The translations under genes were made by a program, and so were the position numbers. The notes beneath the pieces were generated by a model. The model was not told where the DNA came from, made no database searches, and was given only the letters and a program-made list of their open reading frames with translations. Shown here in pieces: positions 39,638 through 48,204 of a DNA stretch of 64,000 nucleotides. Within the stretch, counting starts at the first letter, position 1. Each line of letters begins with the position of its first letter. Source of the DNA: an uncultured bacterium (GTDB taxonomy: Bacteria > Krumholzibacteriota > Krumholzibacteriia > Krumholzibacteriales > Krumholzibacteriaceae); NCBI GenBank assembly GCA_963813815.1, contig CAWFAD010000005.1, forward strand, positions 1 to 64,000, read 5' to 3'.

Positions 39638-39870
39638 GCCGGGCCTTCCCCCCTCCCGGCCTCGTAGACCCGCCGGATGAGATCGAGCGTCTCGAGCGCC
39701 TCGCGCTCGTCGATGCGCTCGATGGCGTAGCCGGCGTGGATGAGGACGTAATCGCCGATCGCCACGTTATCGATCAAATCGAGGCGGATGCGTTTCCGCA
39801 CCGAGCTGCTCGCCGCGACGGCGTCGTTGCCGTCGCGCTCGACGATCAGCATGGGAATTCCGAGACACAT
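39634..39870 (-). CDS. hypC: Hydrogenase assembly chaperone HypC
   Basis: MCLGIP N-terminus and GDYVLIHAGYAI. Confidence 0.96.
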   Translation of the reverse strand: MCLGIPMLIVERDGNDAVAASSSVRKRIRLDLIDNVAIGDYVLIHAGYAIERIDEREALETLDLIRRVYEAGRGEGPA

Positions 39871-40532
39871 CAGCGTCCCCCCGCCGAGGCGGCGAATCGC
39901 TCGACCCAGGCCTCGAATCGATCGAGCCCCTCTCCGGTCACGCACGAAAGCTCGACGATGTCGAGACGCGGCTGTATTTCGAGCGCCTCGCGCCGCGCCT
40001 TCGCGACGTCGAACGAAACGTGGGGCAGCAGGTCGATCTTGTTCAGCACGAGAAGCTGCGCCTCGTGAAACATGAGGGGATACTTCTTCGGTTTGTCGTC
40101 CCCCTCCGAAACGCTCAGCAGCATCACGCGGGCGTCCTCCCCGAGATCGAACTCCGCCGGACAGACGAGGTTCCCCACGTTCTCGATGAGCAAAAGATCG
40201 ATCGCGTCGAGATCGAATCGGTGGAGCGCCGAGTGCACCATCGCCGCGTCGAGATGGCACACGCCGCCCGTCTGTATCTGGTACACCGGAACGCCGAGGG
40301 CCGCGACGCGCTCGGCGTCGGCGGTTCCTTGAATGTCCCCCTCGATGACGCCCACGGCCCGATGCTTCGCGAGCAGGGGGATGGCGCGGACGAGGAGCGA
40401 CGTTTTGCCGGCCCCCGGAGCGCTCATGAGATTGAGCGTCGCGACGCCGTGGGAACGCAGATGCTCTCGGTTCTCCGCCGCGATCACCCGGTTCCGGTCC
40501 CGCAGATCCTCTCCGATCCGTATTTCGTGCAT
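39870..40532 (-). CDS. hypB: Hydrogenase nickel incorporation GTPase HypB
   Basis: SAPGAGKT, EGD, GVCHLDA, ENVGNLVCPA, EGDDKPKKYP and NKIDL. Confidence 0.97.
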   Translation of the reverse strand: MHEIRIGEDLRDRNRVIAAENREHLRSHGVATLNLMSAPGAGKTSLLVRAIPLLAKHRAVGVIEGDIQGTADAERVAALGVPVYQIQTGGVCHLDAAMVHSALHRFDLDAIDLLLIENVGNLVCPAEFDLGEDARVMLLSVSEGDDKPKKYPLMFHEAQLLVLNKIDLLPHVSFDVAKARREALEIQPRLDIVELSCVTGEGLDRFEAWVERFAASAGGR

Positions 40533-40543
40533 CGCCCCTTCCT

Positions 40544-40915
40544 CTATTCCTTCGCGCTCTCGTCCCCCGGCTCGTCGTCCGTCAGGATGTAGTCGACTTC
40601 CATTTCCCGTCCGCCGAGAATATCGATCTCGGTCGAGCCGCACCTCTCGCAGGCGAAAACGAAATTTGCCGGCCGCGCCTCCGCCGCGCACCCCCGGCAC
40701 CGGACGCGGAGCGGAACGCTCTCGCATTCGAGACGACCGCCCTGGGCGACGGTGCCCGGCGCGAGCGCCTCGAAGGCGAAGCTCAGCGCGTCGATATTGA
40801 CCCCGGCCATCTCGCCGATGCGCAGATGCACGACGCGGACGCGCTCGCCGCCCGCCTCGCGAGCCGCGCGCCCGACGATGGCGAGCAGATTTCCCATGAG
40901 AGCGGTTTCATGCAT
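40544..40915 (-). CDS. hypA: Hydrogenase nickel metallochaperone HypA
   Basis: MHE N-terminus, two CxxC pairs and GGREM. Confidence 0.95.
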   Translation of the reverse strand: MHETALMGNLLAIVGRAAREAGGERVRVVHLRIGEMAGVNIDALSFAFEALAPGTVAQGGRLECESVPLRVRCRGCAAEARPANFVFACERCGSTEIDILGGREMEVDYILTDDEPGDESAKE

Positions 40916-41414
40916 TCGGCCGCTTCCGTTCGCCGAGCCCGCGCGATACGCGCGTCGAGGCACGCCCCAAAACCTCCCCCGCGATCTCCTCGACGAGTCC
41001 CGGCAGCGCCCCGGCGACGGCCTCCGTGCACTCTTCGCCGAGCGTCAGCGCGTCGGCCACCTGCACGGCGTACACCTTCACCTCGGCCGGCATCGCCAGT
41101 CCGAGCCGGCGCCCGAGCGCGAGCGCGGTCACGAGATCGATGTCGTGGAGGGAGGCGAGCCTCGCGGTGATGCGGAGATCGTCGGGCTCGAGGCGGAAGA
41201 CGGTTCCCGGATCCTCTCCCTCGAGCTGGATCGAGTCGATGATAAAAGCGCGGTCGTACCCGCGCAGCAGCTCGACGAGATCGAGCCCCGCGCTCGCCGA
41301 TTCGCGGCAATCGGCGGCGCCGTCGACCCGGCCGGCGAGCGCCCGGACGGCGTACACGCCGACGCCGTCGTCCCGGAGAATGGTGTTGCCGAGACCGAGA
41401 ATGAGCGTTTTCAC
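40908..41414 (-). CDS. Hydrogenase maturation protease
   Basis: LGLGNTILRDDGVG, IIDS and SLHD motifs. Confidence 0.93.
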   Translation of the reverse strand: MKTLILGLGNTILRDDGVGVYAVRALAGRVDGAADCRESASAGLDLVELLRGYDRAFIIDSIQLEGEDPGTVFRLEPDDLRITARLASLHDIDLVTALALGRRLGLAMPAEVKVYAVQVADALTLGEECTEAVAGALPGLVEEIAGEVLGRASTRVSRGLGERKRPNA

Positions 41415-41442
41415 GATCGCCCCCCCTGCCGCCGCGCTCCTC

Positions 41443-42906
41443 TCACGACCGAGAGATCGTGCGGAGCGTCTCGCCGGCGCTGTTTTTCAATTCGACAACG
41501 AGAGGCATCTGACCGGGGAGGCTGTGCGTCGCGCAGCTGAAACAGGGATCGAAGATGCGGAACGCCATCTCGACCGTGTTGAGAAGCCCTTCGGTGACCG
41601 CGCCGCCGGCGCCGATGAACTTCTGGGCGGCCTTCTTGACCGCCATCGAGATCGGCGCGTTGTTGTTCGTCGTGCCGACGATGAGGTTCGCCTTCGTGAC
41701 GATGCCCCGTTCGTCGGTGACGAAGTGGTGCGTGAGCGTCCCGCGCGGCGCTTCGACGATGCCCACTCCCTCGGACGGCGTCGCCGACGGGATGACGCGG
41801 ACGTTCGGATCCAGTATCTCCGGATCGGCGACGAGCTCGGCGAGACGTTCCGCCGCGTAGACAAGCTCGATGAGCCGCGCCCAGTGGTGGGCCATGAGCT
41901 TGTGCACGGGCTTGCCGCCGAAGGTCGCGTACATCCTCTCGTACGCCTCCTGCGCCTTCGGGGTCGCCATGCCGACCGAGGCGTTCAGCCGCGCGAGCGG
42001 CGCCGCCTGATAGATCGAGGTGCCCTTCCCTTCCTTGAAGCCCTGCCAACCGAGCTTCTTGAGGTACGGGAACTTGAGATACGAGTACGGCTCGACGTGC
42101 TCGGCGACGTGCTCGAGGTACTCCGATTCGCGGTACCGGTCGATCTCCGCGCCCTCCGGATCGACGACGCGGACCGTCCCGTCGTAGAGCGTGACGCGGT
42201 TGCGGTCGTCGACGAGCCCCATGTAGTTCGTTACGAGCTCGAAGCCGTCGCCGAGGATGAGATCGAGGTAGGCCTTGTTCTTAAGCACGATGTCGTCGAA
42301 AAGCTTGAGACCAAGCTCGCCGAAGGAAACCAGCCCCGGAACGAAACCCTTGATCGTTTCGAGATCCGCCGGCGCGAGCGCCCGCGAGACCCCGCCCGGA
42401 AGGTTCCAGACCGGATGCGTCGCCCGCCCGCCGACCATCTGCTGGATGAGCTGCGTGATCTCGCGCTGGCGGATCACCTCTCGCCCGAGATCGAGGCCCA
42501 CCTTGCCGATGAGGCCGAGGATGTTGCGCTCGGCCGGGGGAGCGCCCGGCCCGACGACGAAATCGGGCGCCGCGAGCGCGTAGAAATGCGCCGTGTGGCT
42601 GTGCATGAAGTGCGCCATGTAGTACAGCTCGCGCAGCTTCGCGGCCACCGCCGGAATCTTCACCTTGTATACTGCATCTACGGCCTTACCCGAGGCCATG
42701 TGGTGTGCGGCCGGTCAAACCCCGCAGATGCGCGTGACGACCCTCGGTATCTCCTCGACGGGCAGACCTTCGACGAACTTTTCGAATCCCCTCAGCTCGG
42801 GGATCTGGAGGTACGCGTTCTCAACCGCGCCCTCGTCGTTCACGAAGATCATGATCTTCCCGTGCCCTTCGAGGCGAGTGATCGGGTCGATCGCGATGCG
42901 CTTCAT
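41443..42906 (-). CDS. mvhA: [NiFe]-hydrogenase large subunit MvhA (group 3c type), 487 aa, with in-frame UGA at codon 64 (putative selenocysteine)
   Basis: DPITRLEGH, ELRGFE, RICGV-TGA-PAAHH all in one frame; EAPRGTLTHH; C-terminal DPCFSCATH plus a cleavable tail. Confidence 0.92.
42680..42699 (-). promoter_or_regulatory. Putative bacterial SECIS element
   Basis: Stem ATGGCCT/AGGCCGT with loop CGGGTA; the loop starts 22 nt downstream of the UGA. Confidence 0.65.
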
Positions 42907-43856
42907 ATCCTCTTCCTCCTCGGTATCGATGACGCGAGGCTGAACCGGTGGAGCGTCGTGAGCGGCGCCACCACCGTGTCGAGCGTCGCATTGATCTCGT
43001 TTTCCTCCTTGCCGTCGATGACGGACGCGAGCGCGCTCAGCATCTTGAGCCCCTGATCCGTCACGCCGTCGAGCGGCCCGTAGCAGCCCCGGCAGGGCAC
43101 CCCCGACTTGATGCAGCGCGAGCCGCACCCCGAACGCGTCGCCGGACCGAGGCAGAGGTACCCCTGCTCGAGAAAGCACGTTTCGGGATCGGGGAGCTTC
43201 TCGTGCGTGCGGTAGATCCGCGTGATCTTTTTTTCGCTCTTTATGCGCGCGCATTCGTCGCAGAGGGCGCGTTCGCCGGCGCCGATCACGCTCCCCTTCC
43301 GAGGCAGCATGTCGTCTGCGATGAGCCCGATCGCCGAATAGATCTGGAGGGAGGCGGGCGGACAGCCGGGGATCGTGTAATCGACCTCGACCACCTGCGA
43401 GAGCGTCTTGACGGTATTGTAGAAGCGCGGCAGCTCGAGCTCGAGCCCGTCCTGCACGGTCCGTTCCTCCGGCAACACTCCGCCCGGGTTGTCGGTCGAT
43501 TCCGATTCGATATAAACGCGGCGCAACGTCTCGTCGCGCGTGAACATGTTCGAGAGCCCCGGGATGCCCCCGACGTGGGCGCAGGCGCCGAGAGCGATCA
43601 TCATTTTCCCCTTCCGGCGGAGGAGCTTCGCGATCTCCTCGTTTTCCGAATTGCGGATGGCGCCGCTGAAGAACACCGCGTCGAGAAAACCGTCGGGCAT
43701 GGCGCGCACGTCGTCGTACTTGAAATCCATCGCGATCGGCCAGAAGAGGATGTCGGCCGCCCCCGCGATCTCGAGAATCTTTTCGTGCGTGTCGAGAATC
43801 GCGACGTCGCATCCCCCGCACGCCGCTCCCCAATATATGCCGATCTTGAGCTTCAT
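42903..43856 (-). CDS. mvhG: [NiFe]-hydrogenase small subunit MvhG
   Basis: ACGGC, GACA..GGIPGL, IPGCPP, LCDEC, CFLEQGYLCLGPATRSGC and PCRGCYGP. Confidence 0.95.
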   Translation of the reverse strand: MKLKIGIYWGAACGGCDVAILDTHEKILEIAGAADILFWPIAMDFKYDDVRAMPDGFLDAVFFSGAIRNSENEEIAKLLRRKGKMMIALGACAHVGGIPGLSNMFTRDETLRRVYIESESTDNPGGVLPEERTVQDGLELELPRFYNTVKTLSQVVEVDYTIPGCPPASLQIYSAIGLIADDMLPRKGSVIGAGERALCDECARIKSEKKITRIYRTHEKLPDPETCFLEQGYLCLGPATRSGCGSRCIKSGVPCRGCYGPLDGVTDQGLKMLSALASVIDGKEENEINATLDTVVAPLTTLHRFSLASSIPRRKRI

Positions 43857-43860
43857 CTCG

Positions 43861-44337
43861 TCATACTCCGGTTTCTTGCGCCGCCGCGCCTTCGCCGTGC
43901 AGGACGTCCCGCTTCATGCTTTCGAGCACCGACTCCTTGAGAGCGAGCGGGCCGAGGGCGCGGATCTGCTCGGTGAACTCGTCGACGACGCGTCCGAAGC
44001 GATCCCCCTCCGATGCGGAGATCCACTCGAGACGCACCCTCTCGGGCTCGATGCCGTACTCGGGAAGGACGCGTCTGAGGAGGAGATACCGCCGCAGCGC
44101 CTTGTAATTTCCCTCCAGATAATGGCAATCCCCCGGGTGGCATCCGCCGATGAGCACCCCGTCGGCTCCCTCCGCGAGCGCCGTCAGGATGAACACGGGA
44201 TCCACGCGACCGCTGCACATGACGCGTATCGACCGGACGTTCGGGCTGTACTTCACGCGCGCGGTCCCTGCCAGATCGGCGCCCGTATAGGTGCACCAGT
44301 TGCAGAGGAACCCCACGATTCTCGGTTCAAACGCCAT
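43861..44337 (-). CDS. mvhD: MvhD [2Fe-2S] subunit
   Basis: FLCNWCTYTGADLAG, VMCSGRVD, GCHPGDCHY and WISASE. Confidence 0.97.
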   Translation of the reverse strand: MAFEPRIVGFLCNWCTYTGADLAGTARVKYSPNVRSIRVMCSGRVDPVFILTALAEGADGVLIGGCHPGDCHYLEGNYKALRRYLLLRRVLPEYGIEPERVRLEWISASEGDRFGRVVDEFTEQIRALGPLALKESVLESMKRDVLHGEGAAAQETGV

Positions 44338-44362
44338 AGTTCGTTCCCTCTCGACTTCGCCC

Positions 44363-46381
44363 TCAGGTCACCGACAGCAGACCCTCGATCTCGGCGAGTA
44401 TCTGCTCGTTGCCGAAATGCTTGGCCTTGATCGCGTTGCTCGGGCACGCCGCCACGCACGTGCCGCATCCCTTGCAGAGCGCCTCGTTGATAACGCTGAC
44501 CTTCTTCTCCTCGTCGAACCTGATCGCGAGATACGGGCAGAGATTGTTGCAGATGCGGCAGCCCGAGCAGCGCTCCTCGTCGATCTCGGCCGTCGCAGCC
44601 TCGATCTCGATCTGCCCGCGCATGATCATGGAGAGCACGGCGCTCGAGGCCGCTGACGCCTGCGCGACCGTGTCGGGGATGTCCTTCGGCGACTGGCACG
44701 CGCCGGCGATGAAAACGCCGTCCGTCGCCGTCGACACCGGCCCGAGCTTCGGATGCTTTTCGATGATGAAGCCGTCCTTGCCGACGCTCACGCTGCATTT
44801 CTTCGCGAGCTCGGGAAGCCCCGCGGGCGCCTCGAGACCCGTGCAGAGAATCACCATGTCGACGGGAATGCGCCGCACGACGCCGACGAGCGTATCCTCG
44901 ACGCGCACGACGAGTTTGCCCTTTTCCCCCTCGTGTATCGGCAGGTCGGTGATCTCGCCGACCTTTCCGCGGATGAAACGGACGTCCTCGCCGAGCAGGC
45001 GGTCGTAAAACTCCTCGTACCCTTTGCCGAAGCACCGCAGGTCGATGTAGAAATTGTAGACCTCAGCCTCGGTCTTTTCCTTGATGAGGTGCGCGAACTT
45101 GAGCGCGTACATGCAGCAGACGCGCGAGCAGTACTCGTGCGCGTCCTTGTCGCGGCTTCCGATGCAATGGATGATGCCGATCGCCTTCGGCGTCGAGCCG
45201 TCGGCGAGAACGATCTTTCCGTCCGTGGAACCCGCGGCGCAGTTCATCATCTCGAACTCGATCGCCGTCACGACGTTCGGCAGGACGCCGTAACGGTAGC
45301 GCTTCATGGCCGCCGGATCGTAGGTCCGGAGCCCCGCGGCGATGATGATGTTGCCGACCTCGAACTCGTGAACGCGATCCTCCATGTCGTACCGGATCGC
45401 CTTGCGCTCGCAGATCTTCTCGCAGACGCGGCACTTTCCTTCCTGAAAGTAGCGGCACGAATCGCGGTCGATGACGGGCACCGCCGGAACCGCTTGCATG
45501 AACGGCATGTAGATGGCCGGCGCCGGATTCTGCTTGCCGCTCGATTTCTTGGCCCCGCGCGTGCCGATCGTGAGCTTGCGGTGGATGTTCGTCTCGTCCT
45601 CCGGGATGCGGCAGCCGGGGCAGCGTTCCCAGCACATGCCGCAGCCGTTGCAGAGCTCCCGGTCCACGTAGCGGGCCTTCTCGCGAATCTTCACCTTGAA
45701 GCTGCCGACGAATCCGCTCACTTCTTCGATCTCGGAGTAGGTGAGCAGCTTGATGTTCGCGTGCTGGCCGACCTGAACCATTCTCGGCGTCAGGATGCAC
45801 GCCGCGCAGTCGAGCGTCGGAAAGGTTTTGTCGAACTTCGCCATGTGTCCGCCGATCGAGGGCTCTCGTTCGACGAGCACGACCTCCTTGCCGGCGTCGG
45901 CGAGATCGAGGGCCGCCTGTATCCCCGCGATCCCCCCGCCGATGACGAGCGTGCGCGGGTTGATGGGCACGACGCGCTTCTCGAGCGGCTCCTGCCACGT
46001 GGACCGCCGGGCCGCCGCCGCGAGAAGGGCCTTCGCCTTCTCGGTGGCCGTTTTCCCGTCGATATGAACCCAGGAGCACTGCTCGCGGATGTTCGCCATC
46101 GTGAAGAGGTACGGGTTGACGCCCGATCGCTCGCATACCTTTCGGAACGTGTTCTCGTGCATGAGGGGCGAGCAAGAGGCTACGACGACGCGATCGACGA
46201 GCCCCTCCCGGATGTCCTTTTCGATCATGGCCTGACCGGGATCGGAGCACATGAACTTGTAATCGCGCACGATCTCCACGTTCGGAAGGGTTTTCGCATG
46301 TTCGACCACGGCGTCGACGTCGATTTTGCCGGCGATGTTCGTGCCGCAGTGACAGACGTATACTCCTATCCGTTCAGCCAT
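44363..46381 (-). CDS. hdrA: Heterodisulfide reductase subunit A (FAD, Fe-S)
   Basis: YVCHCGTNI, NIREQCSWVH, GGGIAG, KTFPTLDCAAC, HCIGSRD, YCSRVCC, PKDIPD and a C-terminal 2x[4Fe-4S] domain. Confidence 0.97.
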   Translation of the reverse strand: MAERIGVYVCHCGTNIAGKIDVDAVVEHAKTLPNVEIVRDYKFMCSDPGQAMIEKDIREGLVDRVVVASCSPLMHENTFRKVCERSGVNPYLFTMANIREQCSWVHIDGKTATEKAKALLAAAARRSTWQEPLEKRVVPINPRTLVIGGGIAGIQAALDLADAGKEVVLVEREPSIGGHMAKFDKTFPTLDCAACILTPRMVQVGQHANIKLLTYSEIEEVSGFVGSFKVKIREKARYVDRELCNGCGMCWERCPGCRIPEDETNIHRKLTIGTRGAKKSSGKQNPAPAIYMPFMQAVPAVPVIDRDSCRYFQEGKCRVCEKICERKAIRYDMEDRVHEFEVGNIIIAAGLRTYDPAAMKRYRYGVLPNVVTAIEFEMMNCAAGSTDGKIVLADGSTPKAIGIIHCIGSRDKDAHEYCSRVCCMYALKFAHLIKEKTEAEVYNFYIDLRCFGKGYEEFYDRLLGEDVRFIRGKVGEITDLPIHEGEKGKLVVRVEDTLVGVVRRIPVDMVILCTGLEAPAGLPELAKKCSVSVGKDGFIIEKHPKLGPVSTATDGVFIAGACQSPKDIPDTVAQASAASSAVLSMIMRGQIEIEAATAEIDEERCSGCRICNNLCPYLAIRFDEEKKVSVINEALCKGCGTCVAACPSNAIKAKHFGNEQILAEIEGLLSVT

Positions 46382-46382
46382 G

Positions 46383-47258
46383 TCATGCTCCCTGGAATAT
46401 TTCCTTGATCGGTTTCGTGAGCTTCACCGCGAGACGGTTGAGTCCGAGCTTCTCGGGCGGCAAGCCCAGCGCCACGCCGATGAGCTGGGTGAAGTAGAGA
46501 ATCGGAAGATTGAATTTCGTCTTGAACAGGGCGTTCACCTTTCCCTGGTACACGTCGAGATTCATCTGACAGAGCGGGCACGTCGTGACGAGGCAGTGCG
46601 CCCCCCTGCGCTCGGCGTCGAGGAGCAGGTTCCTGCAGAGCCGCATGGCGAGCTCCTCCTGCGTCCCCATGAGGGATGCGCCGCAGCAGGCGGTTTTCAT
46701 CCGGTAATCGACGTTTTCCGCCCCGAGCTTCTCGATGAGCTTGTTCATCTTGACCGGATCGTCCGGATCGTCGAAATCAGTCTCGGGACGGACGATCTGG
46801 CATCCGTAGTACGGCGCCACCTTGAGCCCCGTGAGCTTCTTCACGACGAGCGAGCCGATCGTGTCGCAACCGACGTCGCTGCACACCACGTCGAGCAGGT
46901 GGCGGACCCGCACGTTGCCGCTGTAGCTGAGGCCTCCCGCCTCGAGCGCCTGGCCGATCTTCTTGCGCAGATCCGGATATTCGGCGAAATACCGGTTCGT
47001 CTTGTTGAGAACGGTGTAGCAGGCGCTGCACGGCGTCACCACGTCGCGGTGATGCTGCTCGGCGAGCGCGAGGTTGCGCGCCGAGATCGCGAAGCTCATG
47101 AGCTCCTTCACCGACATGTAGGCGGTCGCGCCGCAGCAGTTCCAATCCTCGAGCTCCTCGAGCTCGAGCCCGAGCGCCGGCGCGATCGCGTCGATCGAGT
47201 CCCGATAGATGTTGGCGGTCGCGCGGACGGAGCAGCCGGGATAGTACGTGTATTTCAT
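46383..47258 (-). CDS. hdrB: Heterodisulfide reductase subunit B
   Basis: Two CCG domains (YYPGC..WNCCG..PCSAC and YYGC..CCG..CPLCQ). Confidence 0.95.
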   Translation of the reverse strand: MKYTYYPGCSVRATANIYRDSIDAIAPALGLELEELEDWNCCGATAYMSVKELMSFAISARNLALAEQHHRDVVTPCSACYTVLNKTNRYFAEYPDLRKKIGQALEAGGLSYSGNVRVRHLLDVVCSDVGCDTIGSLVVKKLTGLKVAPYYGCQIVRPETDFDDPDDPVKMNKLIEKLGAENVDYRMKTACCGASLMGTQEELAMRLCRNLLLDAERRGAHCLVTTCPLCQMNLDVYQGKVNALFKTKFNLPILYFTQLIGVALGLPPEKLGLNRLAVKLTKPIKEIFQGA

Positions 47259-47834
47259 CTAGATCTCCCCGAGCTCGTCGACCCTCTTGAGTATCTTTCG
47301 CAACTGCTGAATGTTCTTGATGCGATGCGGCAGGAGCGGGAGACGCCCGTTCGAGAAGAGTCGCCAGCCCTGCGGAACGAACTTGAACGCATGATGCGGT
47401 TCGGCTTCGAGAATATACCGCGCCATGAGCTCCGTCTCGTGGTTGCGGCCGTACTTGTTGACCATGCGCGCGAAGTTACGCGAAAGCACGACCGCTTTCT
47501 TCCCCTTGGTCTTGCCTTCGGCGACGGCCAGGCGCTTGAGGGCGTACATGACGTCGGTGATCTTTATGTTCTTCGGACACCGCACCGAGCAGGTGTAGCA
47601 GGACGAGCAGTACCATATCGTGTTCGAACGGAGGACCTCGTCGCGGAAGCCCGCCCGGATGAGGGAAAAGATCTTGCGCGGGCCGTGGTCCATGACGTAG
47701 CTCAGCGGGCAGGAGCTGCTGCACGTTCCGCACTGGATGCATTTCTTGATTTCGTGCCCTCCGGGGAGGGAGTAGATCTCGGTCAGAAAATCATGATCGA
47801 GCTTGTATTCGGCCACGATGTCCCTGTCGAGCAT
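47259..47834 (-). CDS. hdrC: Heterodisulfide reductase subunit C
   Basis: CIQCGTCSSSCP and WYCSSCYTCSVRCP; AGGAG SD. Confidence 0.95.
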   Translation of the reverse strand: MLDRDIVAEYKLDHDFLTEIYSLPGGHEIKKCIQCGTCSSSCPLSYVMDHGPRKIFSLIRAGFRDEVLRSNTIWYCSSCYTCSVRCPKNIKITDVMYALKRLAVAEGKTKGKKAVVLSRNFARMVNKYGRNHETELMARYILEAEPHHAFKFVPQGWRLFSNGRLPLLPHRIKNIQQLRKILKRVDELGEI

Positions 47835-47916
47835 TGCGACTCCTACGTTACGGGCGGGAAGGTGTCACGTATCCTGCAGCATCGAATCCTTGCCGTGGTT
47901 GGGCCATGAGCGCCTC

Positions 47917-48028
47917 ATAATACAGACATTTCTTGATTCGTCAACGATAATTCAAAAGTCGCCCTTTGGCGAAAATGGGGTTCCCGGGCGCCCTTCATCA
48001 TTATAATTACGCTATACCGCAAAATCAA
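47917..48028 (-). promoter_or_regulatory. Tandem putative sigma70 promoters of the hdr-mvh-hyp operon
   Basis: TTGATT-N17-TATAAT (48000-48028) and TTGACG-N16-TATTAT (47917-47944) in an AT-rich intergenic region. Confidence 0.55.
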
Positions 48029-48204
48029 CGACAAAATGCGAAGCGGAGCCCAAATCGCCTACCCCGCCCTTTTCTCGGGCGCATCGACGCCTCGGCGGCC
48101 GCTATTTTTTCATTCCCACGCGCCGTCCCCCCTGCCTTATATTGTTTCTGATACCGCTCATCCTTGAGGGCACATCGAACCGCTCAAAGAAGGGAATAAC
48201 GCAC

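Noticed and set aside
41443..42906. mvhA as a split gene or pseudogene (63-aa fragment plus 418-aa ORF)
   Set aside because: Both parts are in the same frame, the single TGA sits exactly on a conserved Cys codon, a SECIS-like hairpin follows, and the rest of the operon is intact.
47933..47944. FNR box at the hdr promoter
   Set aside because: TTGATTCGTCAA is a 12-bp TTGA-N4-TCAA palindrome, 2 bp shorter than TTGAT-N4-ATCAA. It may be another operator but cannot be assigned.
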